Source of the DNA: the human T2T-CHM13v2.0 reference genome, Homo sapiens
NCBI RefSeq assembly: GCF_009914755.1
Contig: NC_060926.1
Reading direction: 5' to 3' (one strand)
Length of the DNA stretch: 64,000 nt
In this document: piece after piece, positions 1 through 13,945 of the stretch
Numbering within the stretch: position 1 is the first letter of the stretch
Layout of the letters: the number at the start of each line of letters is the position of its first letter
Notes under the pieces: model-generated
Told to the model about the DNA's origin: nothing
Seen by the model: the letters and a program-made list of their open reading frames with translations, nothing else
Databases searched by the model: none
Made by a program: the position numbers and the translations under genes

Positions 1-300
1 ATTTTTATTACTTTTTCTCTTCTTTACTCTATTCCTTGCCTCTCGCCAGACATTCCTTAAACCACCTATCAACTCTCCCCTCACAGTCTTCCTTTTCTGT
101 CTGCATTCTTTTTTTGAACCCAAATCTAACTTAGCTGCTTTTGTGGTTTTTCTATTCACTTTGTCAATTTCTCCCTTGGTTAGAAAATAAATTCCTGTGC
201 ACACTCACACCTATGCAAGGGCTGCTCTCAGACATAGCAGGAGGCCAACTTCAGCCTCAGCCTCTTGAGCAAACATTCCCAAGAGGGAAGAGCAACATGG

Positions 301-326
301 GTGTGTGTGTGTGTGTGTGTGTGTGT
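301..326. repeat. (GT)13 microsatellite
   Basis: Perfect GT dinucleotide run. Confidence 0.95.
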
Positions 327-620
327 ATTGTGTTTATTTGTATGAAATGTCAATAGGGCATACTAATAGCTTGTGAACAAGTATCTATATCAAGATAGAC
401 AACCCCAATACATTCGACATGTTGAATATTTAACATGAATCACACATTTCTTGTGAATTGTGAGCAATATAGTTGTACTTATGTGTATAGATATGTGTAC
501 ATTTATACATGTATATATATAAGGTACTCTCTATAGAGTACCTTATAGCTTACAAAGTGATTTCAAGTACATTTTCTCACTTGACCTAGAAGAGAGAATA
601 AGTAGAATGTGCACATCTTA

Positions 621-968
<348 letters not shown>

Positions 969-1029
969 GATGGTAGATGGAGTGTGACAGTTTGTGTTGG
1001 CATTTTGGCTTGGCAGAATTAAAGCCTAA

Positions 1030-1240
1030 AGTGCAGGGCCAAAAAGAGCCAGATTTGCAGCCTAGCTTCACCACTCCCTAACCATATTGCACTTGGGCAT
1101 GTTCCTTAATCTCTCTATGTCTCTGAAACAAGAGGAAAAATCTCTTAGAGTTATTTGTGCAGAGTGAGCTACGATGTGTAAAATGATAGCCATTATAGCA
1201 TGCACGTGAGCATGTACTATTAAACATAAGCAATCATTTG
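1030..1240 (+). mobile_element. MIR SINE relic
   Basis: Diverged MIR core (cttgggcatgttccttaatctctctatgtctc) and 3' tail motifs. Confidence 0.6.
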
Positions 1241-1696
1241 TGAAGCATGTTGAGATGCACATTGTCTAGCACCCCTGAGCCACCTTGGCTGTCCCGTAGC
1301 AGTCCCCAAGAGTCCTTTTCTAACATGGTTATGCCAGAATAATTTGGTTAGTTCAGGTGGGGTGAGCACAGTGGGGCAGGAACTGTGTCTAGTGGTTGCT
1401 GGGCAGTTTTGCACCTGGAGCTAGCACAGTCAGTTTTGTTGCACAAATGTGTGCCAAGCACTTTTCATAGGTCAGAAGCTAGAGAATAGTGTGCTTGTAA
1501 GCAAGCAATGAGAAATAAGATGGGAGCTCTTATTGGGGTTCCCTAGCTTCACCATCTTCAGTAACTTCCATCTTTGGTTCTGGCGGGCTTTTCTGAAGGA
1601 CAGAACAGAAGCCCATGATAAAGGTGGGGTTGAGAATTCAAAAGAGATCTTTAGAAGTAGAACAGGGCCAGGGCCCATGTTAAGATTGAACTTTAA

Positions 1697-2010
1697 GGCC
1701 AGGCACGGTGGGCTCACACTTGTAATCCAGGAACTTTGGGAGGCCAAGGTGGGAGAATTGCTTGAGGCCAGGAGTTCAGGACCAGCCTGGACATCATAGT
1801 GACCCCCTATCTCTGCTAAAATAAAAATTTAAAAAAATTAGCCAGGCATGGTGGTGCACATCCATAGTCCCAGCTACACAGGAGACTGAAGAGAAAGGAT
1901 CACTTGAGCCCAAGAAGTTGAGGCTATAGTGAGTTGTGATCATGCCACTGCACTCCAGCCTGGGGGACAGAGCAAGACACTGTCTCCAGAGACAGAGAGA
2001 GAGAGAGAGA
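1697..2010 (+). mobile_element. AluJ SINE with tail converted to (GA)n
   Basis: Dimeric Alu with J-type diagnostics (ttgaggccaggag, ggatcacttgagccc, gaggctatagtgag); tail is gagacagagagagagagagag. Confidence 0.92.
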
Positions 2011-2103
2011 AATGAAACTTTGGGAAGGAATGAGAGTGATCACCAGGTAGTGCTTCTGAGGAAGCTTGCTCTGATGGAGCTGACAAAGTGCCTTTATCTA
2101 CTA

Positions 2104-2338
2104 TGGATTAAGCATTACAACCCCAAAATCCAAAATCTGAAGTGTTCATAAATCCAGAATTTTTTGAGCAGTTACATGACACTCAAAGAGAATGCTTATT
2201 GGAGCATTTCAAGTTTCAAATTTTTGGATTTGGGATGCTCGATGGGTAAGCATAATGCAAATATTTCAAAATCTGACAGAATTCAAAATCCAAAACACTT
2301 CTGGCCCCAAGCACTTTTGATAAGGGATATTCAATCTG
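2104..2338 (+). mobile_element. Tigger4a (MER46A/Zombi) TcMar-Tigger DNA transposon fossil
   Basis: Repeated aaaatccaaaat motifs, ttattggagcatttc, terminal gataagggatattcaatctg, TA flanks. Confidence 0.8.
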
Positions 2339-2514
2339 TACTACCCTACCATGAAAATGAAGTCTCGGGAGAAATGAGTTCTATGCTTAAGACTGAAAAC
2401 TTACAAAACTTTATTCTTTGTCTAGGAGAGACATGAAAGCTATAGGGAAAGGGATGCAATTATTATTGTTGGTTTTAACCTTTTTGAACCCAGTCTAATT
2501 CACAATGAGATTAA

Positions 2515-2710
2515 TGACAGTGTTTATTGAGCTTTTCCCACTTGGCCAACAATATGTTAGGGGTGGCAATCCCGATAACAACCTAAGAAGTAGACTTTCC
2601 ATTTTACAGATAAGGAAACTGAGGCTTGGAAGGATTGACTTGCCGAAAGGCACAGACAGAGGAAACGGCAGCAGTGCGATATGCCTCTAGATAGTCAATC
2701 TGGGGCTTGC
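2515..2710 (-). mobile_element. MIR SINE
   Basis: ccattttacagataaggaaactgaggc is the reverse-complement MIR core. Confidence 0.8.
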
Positions 2711-3809
2711 CCTCTTCACAATAATGACAGTAGCCACTGCATAAGGGCCTGGTGAGGACTGGAGACAACACATGCAAAAGAACCAACAGATTCTCGGCGC
2801 AGTGCATTCATGCATGTACGGATGTCATGTATGAAAGTGCCTGGAAAAGGGCGGCCATTGCACATTCCTTTTGCACTTGGGAAAACTTCATTAAAGTGTA
2901 CCATGTAGTCAAATGGTTAGCCCGATTTGGTGTATGACTGAGAAATGGGTGATGCCCTCCTGGCCTGAATTCAGGAAACTGCACATCAGGGAAGCAGAGC
3001 TAAACTCTTAGGGACCCAGAGTGGAATTGTTTAAAGGCTAAATCACCCCCAAACCGCACGCGGTTCTCGTCAAAGTTAACGGCAGTGGCTCATGTGTGCG
3101 TGGACACTGTGTGATCCTCCATAGGGAAGGAGAGCAGCAGTGTCCTCAAGGATGAAGCCCTTCCAGCCGAGCCCCCATTGGTAAAGAACCTGACAGAGGA
3201 AAAGATGCTTCTGTTTCTGGGAAAAGGCACATTATACGAATCCAGGGCACTGCCGGAATACAGCCCTATAAGATATATCAGTACATTCATATGCGTGCTC
3301 CTATCACCCATCCAACAAATTGAATGAAATTAAGAAAGGAGCAGTCATCATAAGTCATATCTACTCAGAAATGTATATTTAAAAGCAGGCTGCTTTGGAC
3401 AATGCTTCGCTCATTAAGACTCTTTTTAGGTGCATTGTTTACTGTGTAAACCCTGATTAATTTACAGTTTTTCTTTTTGCCTGACTCATAATTACTCTAT
3501 GGAAAATACAATTTTGGAGAATACAACATTAACTACATAGGATTGGTATTAACAGTCATGGACCCACTGAAGGCGAGTTTTACTGTTCGCTCAATGAATG
3601 TCCTTCAGTATCTCTAAATTAGATGGAAAAGCATCTATGATTTCAGGGCCCATTTAAATAAATTAAAGCCAGAAATGAGTGTGCTAACTTTGCATGGATC
3701 CAAACATTTGCCACTGTTTTCCTGTCTTCCCTTTCTACCATTAAATTCAACCCGACCTTTAGAATTTGTGTCCCCCAAGCAGAAGATAGATGATTCCCGT
3801 GTATCATCC

Positions 3810-4105
3810 TTGTATTAAATGCCTACCATGCACTAAGCACTAGGAAAATAGGGAGGAAACAACACCCTGGATCCTTTTCTCAAGTAGCTCTCAGTGCAGC
3901 GGGCTTAGCATGGAAACAGAAGCAGCAAAATGTTGTGGGAAGTGTCTGTGTAACATGCGGCATGGCTGTTATTTAATCCCAATTAAAAGGATGAGAAAGT
4001 TGAGGTTTACTAAAGTTAAGGAACTCCCCTAGGTCCATAGTTAGCAAGCGCTAGAGACAGAATTCCAAACCAAAGCAGTCTGCTTGAAAAGCCCAGTTTT
4101 GTCCC
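3810..4105 (-). mobile_element. L2 3' fragment followed by MIR
   Basis: tattaaatgcctaccatgcactaagcac (L2 end, reverse complement), then ggatgagaaagttgagg...aaccaaagcagtctg (MIR, reverse complement). Confidence 0.55.
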
Positions 4106-4650
4106 ACCCCTTCCCTAAGCATTTGTTCAGATGGGAGTGAACAATGCATAAAACTGGCTGTGGCATTCGGCTGACCTGAGATCTAGTGGTGGCCTTATTC
4201 CCAGCATGCAAACTCTCACTGACATGCAAACCCTTGCTGACTACTTCATATGAGAAGGCAGCACCATTCCTCTGTCATGTATGAATGCAATTTTCCTGAG
4301 ACATTTTTATTTTCTGTTGCTTGTTTTTAAATAATTAATGCCATTGTAACAGCAGCCTCTCTTCATTTAGGAGGGCATTTCCACTCTGAATTTCCAGTTC
4401 CAAACATTTCAGTTTTCCACCAAGACATCATTCCTGGGTTTGGGATTCCTGAATTTTCTCCACACAGAGGTGACTGCTTTCAGTGGAAAACTTAGCGAAA
4501 TTGCATTGTTCTCCCTGAAGTATCTGTGTAACCAAAACAATGTTACTGCTATATGACATGTTGTAGGCATTCTCAATACATTTGGAAAATGCAAAAGTAA
4601 CTGTGATCTAACATCTCAAACTGGCTATGGATTTATTTTCCTGTGGTCAG

Positions 4651-4787
4651 GTCTGGACCAAAGAGAAACAAGAAAAGCTGGAGTCACACTACCAAAGGCC
4701 GAAGCTGAGCAACAGAGCTCTGGAGTCAGCTGCCTGGGTTCAGCATGCAGCGCTGCCGTGGACGATCTGTCTCTCTTGCATATATGA
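4651..4787 (+). CDS. Putative coding part of an alternative last exon (phase 1: xLDQRETRKAGVTLPKAEAEQQSSGVSCLGSACSAAVDDLSLLHI*), partly MIR-derived; host gene would lie upstream of the window
   Basis: CTAAC branch point 4608-4612, pyrimidine tract tttattttcctgtggtcAG ending at 4650, open frame to TGA 4785-4787. Phase 0 is also open (to 4830). Coding status is not demonstrated. Confidence 0.3.
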
Positions 4788-4880
4788 CTTACCAGTTTTA
4801 CTTTCAGTCTCTCCATTTCTAATTAAATGAGATGCAGAAATGCTGGTGCCTTGCTATGATGTTTGCAGTTATTATTTCTA
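4705..4880 (+). mobile_element. MIR SINE inside the candidate exon
   Basis: agagctctggagtcagctgcctgggttc matches the MIR 5' tRNA-derived head. Confidence 0.7.
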
Positions 4881-5094
4881 GGAAAAAAAATATTATTGTT
4901 ACTCAGTATCTGGTACATCAAAACTAAGCCAGAAACGTTTAAAAAGAACAAAAGTATCATTTCTACTTAATTCTCTAGCTACTTGGACAACTGGACTATG
5001 CCCCTCCTTTCAAGGGAGGGCAAAGCATTTCAGAAAAGAACTAAGTGCTATTTCTCTGCTTCAGGAATGTCTCCCGTATGTAAAAGAATGTGGC

Positions 5095-5315
5095 TTCAGG
5101 GAGTAGCATGTGTTGTAAAGGTGGATGGGTCTAACTTCATGGACAGCTCTGACATCCACTAGCTATGCCACCTGATGCAAACCACTTGGGCTGTCTGCAG
5201 TTTCGTTTATCTTTCTGGAATTGGTAATAACAACCACCTGGCAAGATCACTGTTATGAATACGGAGGATCAAAGTTGTGAAGTTATTTTGTAAAGTGAAA
5301 TGTTCTGAAAATTGG
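5095..5315 (+). mobile_element. MIR/MIR3 relic
   Basis: ccactagctatgccacc...cagtttcgtttatctttctggaattggtaataacaaccacc resembles the MIR core. Confidence 0.5.
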
Positions 5316-6157
5316 ATTTTAACAGTGTCAGCGAAAAGTAGATTTTTGACATTTATCAAGAGTTCAGCTAATGAAAACAAGTATGGATAATAGTTACATA
5401 GAACTGTCTACTTTACTCAGTACTTTAGCATATGCTATTATATTTAATCTTCTTAAAAAGTAGAAAATTATACAAGCCATGTATTACTATTATTGTGGTG
5501 GTTGTCGTTCTCAATTACACACTGAATATTAAGACCTCTCAGGTAGCAGCTGGAAGGACATTGTATCCAGTTTCCTGATTGTTTTCAATGGAATAATCAT
5601 GTATACATGCACTACTAATGAGACAATGGTGATTCTAAAAGCTTAATCAGGGGGACTTTTGTGTATTCCAAATCTACTAAAAATAAAGAAACACAGAAAT
5701 GAGAAAAATGTACATTAGCAAGAAAATGTACACCAGCATTCAGGCTTAGCCTTTTGAGAGCAATATGATAAATAGAAATAGAATTTCACAAATTTAACAT
5801 GATGCTAATCGAGGAATGAATGAAAAAGTGGTCAGCAGTCTAAATGGAACATAACACAAAGAGATCTCGTAAACAGTAAGCTTTGTGCAGGACATCTCTT
5901 GGGGGTCCCAGGTGTTGGGAGAGTCAGGGAGAGATGTCTACTGTTTGAACAGCAGTAATACAAAGTTGAAGTGGGACAATATTCACCACCGTAGCTTGAT
6001 GGAATTAGCCTTTCAAAAGATTGAGTTTATTTATTTAGAAATTGCCTTACCCCCTTTTTATAAATGTGGCAAATCAGCAAAGACGGTGACATTCTTTTAA
6101 TTCAAAACATCCGTTCAATCTACAGTCTGCTCTCCTAGATGGATTTTAAGAGTGGGG

Positions 6158-6196
6158 GTTTGTCTTCCAACTAATGTTTGTCTTCCAACTAATGTT
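6158..6196. repeat. 18-bp perfect tandem duplication (gtttgtcttccaactaat x2)
   Basis: Read directly from the sequence. Confidence 0.9.
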
Positions 6197-6384
6197 CCCC
6201 TGTCAATTAACTATCATTTCCTGTTCTTATTAATCAATTAGATCTTTTCCACTGCCTCAGACTATTCTTCATTCAACATTTGTTTTTTATCTAAAATGTC
6301 CCAGACTGTTCTAAGCATTAAGAGTAAAATGTCTTAGAAGAAATAAATCAAGTTGAGTGGGTATCATAAACCACTCAACTAGTG

Positions 6385-7415
6385 GCCGAGTCAGAAATCT
6401 AAATGATGTTTTTGAGGAATCTTCCTCCGCCTCCCCTTTACCTATCCAGTCATCCACCAACCTTGCCGTAGCAGCTTCTGAATACCAGTATCTCTTGGGG
6501 TCCCCTGCTCCTCTCCATTCCCACTTCCGCTCCTTTGATCTGGACCCCTGTGGAATTTGCGAGAACAGTCCCAAGTCTGCCCTCACCTCTGACACCAACT
6601 GCAAAATTAAGGAACAGTCCCTTAAGGCTTCCCTACCTTCAACATCAGTTGCATGTTTGGGAGTTCCCAAGACCACTCTTCATTTTGGTACTTCACTGCA
6701 AGTACTCACAGAACTCGCTGAAAGTGGTTATACCTTTAGTTACAGTTGAGTACAGCTAACGAACACAGATGAAAGTCAGCCACAGGAAGCAGTGCATGGG
6801 TCAGTCCAGCAGGGTTCCACACATGGAGCCGCTGGCATGCCCTCCAGTGGATGGTGGGCAGCCTTAGTTCTCAGGTAAGACGTGTGATAGCATGCAGAGA
6901 GCATTGCCATCCAGGGAAGCTCCCCTGAGCTTTGGTGTCCAGCGTGTTCACTGTACTCAATCACATGAAGCTAATTGGCCTCTCCTTTCATTGATCTCAG
7001 TCTCTAGTCCCTTGAGGGATGACTTCATGACCCAAAGCCCCCACCTGAAATCACATTGTTAGACCCTCCAGGTGTGAGCCAAGGCCCCCGAACAAACGGA
7101 AACACTCCTATTGGGCACAATATTCCCAGAGCCTAGAGATTCCTTCCCAGGACCTGAGGACAAGTGTCAGACTTCTTTTTGGAAAGAGCAGATTCCTTAC
7201 CTAAAACACCTAGTCTTTCACATGGAGTCACACAATATTCTTTTCACTGGTTTCCCTGACTCCAGGCTTGCCTCTCTCCAATCCATTCTCCATCTTTCTG
7301 ATGAATAGATAGTTTTAAAAGCAAATGTGATAAGGTCACTCATCCATTAACATTTGCCTAGGAATCCTTCATTACTCTTAGGATCAAGTTCAAACCCCTT
7401 AACGTGGCTTAATGG
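6385..7415 (+). mobile_element. L2 LINE fragment split by the MER21C insertion (6385-6548 and 7209-7415)
   Basis: L2-like pyrimidine-rich motifs (ctcctctccattccca..., ctggtttccctgactcca..., ggatcaagttcaaacccctt) are collinear on both sides of the LTR. Confidence 0.6.
6549..7208 (-). mobile_element. MER21 (MER21C-like) solo LTR
   Basis: TG...CA ends; reverse complement matches the MER21 start (ggtcctgggaaggaatctctaggc, gggggccttggctcacacc, aacaatgtgattt). Confidence 0.75.
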
Positions 7416-7729
7416 CTGTAAGAGACAAGATAAGCACAGAGTACTTGATAAAGATGGAGGAATCAGAAACTACTATATATTTTATTTTTTTAATATAAAA
7501 AATACCATTTAGAACATTCCAGAAAAAAAAAAAAAAACTATTATCTACACAAAATGCTTGGTCAGGAAATCCAGCATGTAAGGAAAATTGGACTCAAATT
7601 GAGAAAGGGATGAATCAATGGCGACTGGAATAAGGCCTTTTTGATGATACTTTTTTCTTTGCTACGACTGAAATCAGAGTACGTGAAACCATTTACCAGT
7701 ATATTAAAGGCACTGACAGGGAAAAAAGC

Positions 7730-8226
<497 letters not shown>

Positions 8227-9109
8227 AAATTATTGTACTTTTTAAAGACCATAGTGTATTTGAAACAGTCCTAGGCCTTAGGGAAACAACACTGAATAAG
8301 AGAGACCCAATCCTTCTTCTCATAAAGCTTAAGATCCCTTGTCAATACACTTGGCAAAGAGTAGGCATTTAAAAAAATTGTTTGGTTTGCTGATTCTCAG
8401 AGATCTTCCAAACGAACACTCACATCCAGTCCAGGCTGGGGGGAGACCCCAGTCCTTGACATGGGGTAATGGGGACAGCATTTCCTGAGGACTCCACAGG
8501 AGGCAAATCTATTTCAGATGTTTTGATGATAAGGAATTTGTAATCTACAAGTGGGCTTTTAAATTATGTGTCATATAGTACACACTTAATTTTTTAAGGA
8601 GACTAAAGCGGGAGAGAAACAGTGTCCTCAGTGGATGGTGACTGGCTTGGGTGGTCTAGAGCCCCTACAGCCCATGGGCCACCTTGACACAGAAAGATCT
8701 GTGCCTGCCATGACTGCAAAACAGGCAATTTATGTACAACAGTCGTTATCTTTGGATTGGCTTCCAGAGGGCGACTTTTTTCCTTCTTTTCTGCATTTTC
8801 AATATTTTTTGTTGATTTTGAGTAAGCATTGCTTTAATATTAGCAAAGATAAAGCAGACTTCTTAGTCAAAAGTTAGTAAAACTGATTAAATTGATACAT
8901 TAAGAATAACAGCATGGTGTTAAGGAGGTAAGAGTGAAATTTGCCAGATATTATCTACTAATGAAAGTGTTGTTTGACTGTGTTTGAGTTTGGGGCTATG
9001 TATTTGCTAAGAAATATTATGCGGTAGGGGCATGGGCTGGCCCTGCCTCAGTGGCTGTCATATGGAAGAGCTGAAGTTTAAGGAGCAGGAGCAGAAGAAA
9101 GAGAATAAG

Positions 9110-9300
9110 GAAGCGCAGTATTTAAGGAGAATGGACTTCAGAGTCAGAAACCTGGGTATGCTTCTCTGCTCACCTATAAATCAGCTCATGAGCTCAGCTG
9201 CATTTCTATACCTCTGATTCAATAAGAATTAAGTAAGGAGATGCATGTTCATGTATGTCTTGTGCCTGAAACAAAGTATCTGAAAAACGTTAAGGCAATT
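9110..9300 (+). mobile_element. MIR relic
   Basis: ggacttcagagtcagaaacctgggt head and gtgcctgaaacaaagta tail. Confidence 0.55.
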
Positions 9301-9567
9301 CTGCAAAAACTGATTGAGGAGCAATCCTGGCAACCCCTTCTGCAGGGGGCAGGTGGAGATGATGCCTGCAAGTCAGGCTGCAAAGAGCTTCCATTTATGT
9401 CAAGCTCTGAAAGGGGAAGAACTAGAGTCAACACAAAGGACTCGATGACAGTGAGTGAGTGAGGGCTGCTGAGGCCACTGTGAGTAATTCTATTCATATG
9501 GCCCACCAAACATATTTGAAGGAGAAAAGAAAAGCAATCTAGCTTCTATTTAGAAATGGTCAGGGGG

Positions 9568-9955
<388 letters not shown>

Positions 9956-10378
9956 AATGGTCTAGGGGAGCTAAGGAAAAACCTATTCCTGGACTCTCCA
10001 TGAAGATGCAGAGGGACTGATTTTCCTATCTGTGAGGACGAACTTCTTTGCACCCAGATGGAAGGAAACAGCATTTTGTCAGATTGTTACATTAACCCTC
10101 CCAGGCTGTGGCTCATCCTAGGCCATGCCTGTCTCAGTCTTCCCTTGACCACCTGATTTTATGGTCTCTATCCAGATTAATGGAGAAACGAAATAGTGGC
10201 TTTTGAAATCATGCTGCTGTACAATATGTCCACAGTATTTGGAAACCTAGAATAAGGATTTAATGGTAAGCAGGGTCAGTTAGCCTTAGATGTCTATTTC
10301 TTGGTTCTTTTGCTATTGCCATTTTCTTCTTTTCTTCTTGTTCTGTGTGAAATTCCAGCCTCGTTAAGGATTAAACAT

Positions 10379-10426
10379 ATTAAAAGTAATTGCAAAAACC
10401 ACAATTACTTTTGCACCAAACTAATA
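10379..10426. mobile_element. Half MADE1 (Hsmar1-derived MITE)
   Basis: attaaaagtaattgcaaaaaccacaattacttttgcaccaaactaaTA is one MADE1 TIR plus spacer. Confidence 0.85.
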
Positions 10427-11389
10427 CTTCACTTGATGGTAAATTTCTATCTCAATTAGACAAACTTTTTTTTCCCAGGTTTCTTTTTCAATAAATGAAT
10501 TTATCCAACAGTGCCAAGGCACAAAATTAACCAGTTCTGAATTGATTAGCGATAACAATGCCAGATCCAGGCCTTCCCCAGGGAAGCAGTCTCCTCCCTG
10601 GTACCCTCCCCAGTCACAGCGCAGACCCTGACTGCATCTCCAGTCAACACCTCTCTCAGCCACAGAAATGAAGACATCTTTCACCAGTCGCAAGGACAGT
10701 AGGGCAGGCCCCACCTTCTGTGTGTTCTTCACACCAACCCGGGTGTCTAGCAGGGGCCAGAGCAGCCCTAAAGGAGTCTCTCTGGCAAGTCTCCACCATG
10801 TCAAAGCTCCCGCCCTTCTTCATCAAGGGCACTGATGATGCAAGCATAGCATGGAAAGAAGTGCCTGGAAAACAGGATCATAGACAGTATTGCAGGAACG
10901 GCCCCTGCAGTCAGGACCTTATTTCTGGAATATTTATGCCTCTTCAGTCTTGCTTCAATAACCTTTGCCAGGACAAGGCAGTCACCATGAAAACCACTGC
11001 GTCCAATGACTGCTGAGTCTGTTAATTTCTAACACTTGGGGCTGTCCTGGCTGTAAATTGACAACCTTTCACCCAGTGTCTGAAGAAGCCATTGAAAACT
11101 CTTCTCCAGAAATTGTCAATATATGCCTCTGCCAAAAGCACAGGGCACAAAGGGCAGGTGCAAAGGGGCTGCAGCACTGTGTGGTTCCATCCTCCTGGGA
11201 CCTGAGTACCTGGCTGCAAAGGACAACATCCCACAGCTGTGCCTGCAGCAGCCATTAGAGTTTCTGCTGTGTCACAGTGAGATGGAGGCCCCTAGACCAG
11301 CATTCCTAAGTGCCCCAATCATGGTATTCATCATTTCATCATTAGCTGGACTGATTCCTTCTCCTCAGATAAACCACAGGCCATGAAAG

Positions 11390-11810
11390 AAGGTAAAGTA
11401 TAGACCATGATACAATGCAAAGGGCTGTTCTAGAGGTATGTACCAGGTACAGTTTCACTACATAAGTGGGAAAATTGACTCTGTGCAAAAGTTAGGGAAG
11501 GCAGCACAGAGAGGGAGATTCCTCAGTTAAGTTTTGAATGATGAGCAGAAGTTTGCATCTTTGCAAATGAAAACATATGGGTCTGTGCAGAAGCACCTTG
11601 ACCCAAGAAATGCAAGCACTTTCACGTGTCATGTATGGAGAATCTGAGAGAAAGCACAGAGAAAAATGAGGCTGGGGTGCCAGAGGCCAGCCCATGGAGG
11701 AGCTTGAATATATCAGCTGAAAGGAGGTTGGCACCATCTTACAGACAATGGAGAGCCAATTAAAGCTTTCAGTGGGGGCAGGATTATAATCAGGTTGCTG
11801 ATTAAACAAA
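11390..11810 (-). mobile_element. L2 LINE fragment
   Basis: ttaagttttgaatgatgagcagaagttt and gacaatggagagccaattaaagctttcagtggggg are typical reverse-complement L2 motifs. Confidence 0.6.
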
Positions 11811-13029
11811 AGAAAATATGCCATATGAACACCAAAGATGTCTTCTTAAATCCAAATGCATTTTTTTTAAACCAACCTCCATTTACCCATATCTCTGAGT
11901 CAGGCCAAGAAGTATAGCAAACCGCACCAGATAGTGAAGCCCGTTGCCTGAAGGGCCTCACTTTCTAAACTTTGGGGGATCTGACAAGGAATGAGGGGCA
12001 GGTTTCCTATTAACTTCTCTAATTAGCAGACAGCCTCATCTCGGAACTATGCTAACAGCCACGAGAAAATAACTGTGTTTCTGAAGAACCCACCACTTCT
12101 GGCTCCTAGCTCAGATGTCATGAGTAATGGCCTCCCACCTGTGTCTGCGAAGTGTCTTTCCTGTTTTAGGCTGCAGCCAATCCCTTGGCTCTCTGTGGTA
12201 TCCCACAGCCTGCATGGTATCACCTTAATTTTGATTAGGTTTCCAGATCCCAAAGACAGAAAAAGTTTTGCAGCCTGTGATTGGTGATATCAGACCCACA
12301 ACTAGACTTCCCCTGGGAACAGGCCACTGAGCCGGGATTCTAGGCCTTTAATATTTTCACAGCATCACACTGCAAACTTTCTCATGGTATTAAGTTTCTG
12401 TGGGATTCATGATCGTTTGCAACAATCCCAGTTACCTACCTGTGGCTAAATGTTTCAGCTCTGTCCTAGTCCAGGATGGAAATGAAGCCATCATGCTTGG
12501 TCTTAGATCTAATGTGTAATTAAATTTTAATCTAAATATCATAAAGGTATTTTTTTTAAAACCAGCTGTGAACTCCAAAGGACATTATAGAATGGTAATA
12601 TCATCCCATTCTCATTCTCTCCCCATGTTATCTCTCCAATTCCAGAACTCAGACAAATAAATAAAGTTTCCATAAAGAGGGTATTTTTCTTTGTTTTGAT
12701 TTGTGGAATCCAGGTTTCAAAAATGCTCTGAGTTTCTTACAATCCATTTTCCCCTTTCTGTCTGCCTGTCTGTTTGAGAAACCATGATTTTCTCAGAGTA
12801 AAGGATGCTATCACAATTGTGAAATCTTAAATTACCTCTGCCAGGCAATAATCAAAATGGCAGTAGAAACATATTAGGAATGTTCTCCCAGGGGCAGTGA
12901 AAAGAATGCGTTTTCAAACAATGGCATGCAAATACCAGGACTTACTATGCCAAAGTTGTGTGGAATTGGGGATGAGATTTTCTCATTTCTGGATGTGGCA
13001 TTATGCCCTTATCGAGATGCCAAAATGGA

Positions 13030-13240
13030 TTGCACATCTACCAGGCATCAGAGACTTTGCAGGGGGCTTTGAACATAGTGTCTAATTTAATTGTGCTAAA
13101 AAAACTGCAGTGCAGATATTACTATCCTTCTTTTAAAGGGATATCCCTTGAAGTAGTTAAGGAACTTTCCTGAGATTGTATTGGGGTAAGCTAGGATTTG
13201 AACCCAATCTGACCTCAAAAGCTATAATTTTCTATTTCAC
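13030..13240 (-). mobile_element. MIR relic
   Basis: gttaaggaactttcctgag...gctaggatttgaacccaatctgacctcaaaagc. Confidence 0.65.
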
Positions 13241-13361
13241 TGGAGTTTTTGTTTCTTTTTGTTGTTGTTGTTTTGTTTTGTTTTCCATTTCAGAGATAGC
13301 AATCCATGTTTCCAAGCAAAGACATTGAGTTCTGAGGACACAAGGAAGTCCACCAGACAAA

Positions 13362-13666
13362 TGTTGAGGGAGGGGCCTGGTGGAAGATGACTGGATTATG
13401 GAAGTGGTTCCCCCATGCTGTTCTCATGGGAGTGAGGGAGTTCTCACGAGAGCTGATGGTTTTAAGGGTGGCACTTCCTCGCTCTTTCACTCTCTCTCTT
13501 TTGCCTCCATGTTAGACGTGCCTTGGTTCCCCTTTGCCTTCTGCCATGATTGTAAGTTTTCTGAGGCCTCCGTAGTCATGTGGAACTGTGAGTCAATTAA
13601 ACCTCTTTTATTTTTAAATTACCCAGTCCCAGTGTCATTACAGCAGTGTGAGAACAGACTGATACA
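13362..13666 (+). mobile_element. MaLR LTR (MSTA/THE1D-like), 5'-truncated
   Basis: ccatgattgtaagttttctgaggcctcc, gaactgtgagtcaattaaacctc, ends gactgataca. Confidence 0.85.
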
Positions 13667-13779
13667 TCCCCAAACACTGACACTTCCCCTAGTTAGAAAG
13701 ATGGCTGAGAGACATGGGATGTGGCTTTCGCCTTTCTGAAACTCCCAATCAAGTGAAGAAGATAGATTTATACATAAAT

Positions 13780-13945
13780 AATTCATTCATTTGTTCATTT
13801 ATTCAACTTTCTTTTCATCACGTATTTTTATGCCTGGGATTGTAGCAGGCATGGGAACAAACACGCTGAACAAGTCAGACCTGGCCCTCTACCCCGGGAG
13901 CTTGCAGAATAGTGGAGGGGATATATATATCAAATAAACGTAAGC
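13780..13945 (-). mobile_element. L2 3' end
   Basis: (attc)n tail in reverse complement, followed by ctgaacaagtcagacctggccctct...gagcttgcagaatagtgg. Confidence 0.6.

Larger units (their letters stand above)
4651..5706 (+). other. Candidate terminal exon (coding tail plus 3'UTR, or lncRNA last exon)
   Basis: Acceptor at 4650, ~1 kb of AT-rich UTR-like sequence, AATAAA 5682-5687. Confidence 0.35.

Noticed and set aside
6311-6749. Overlapping 121-aa and 130-aa ORFs
   Set aside because: They span an L2/MER21C junction and show no recognisable domain or exon structure.
10379-10426. Possible miR-548-type hairpin from MADE1
   Set aside because: Only one TIR half is present, so the long palindrome cannot form.
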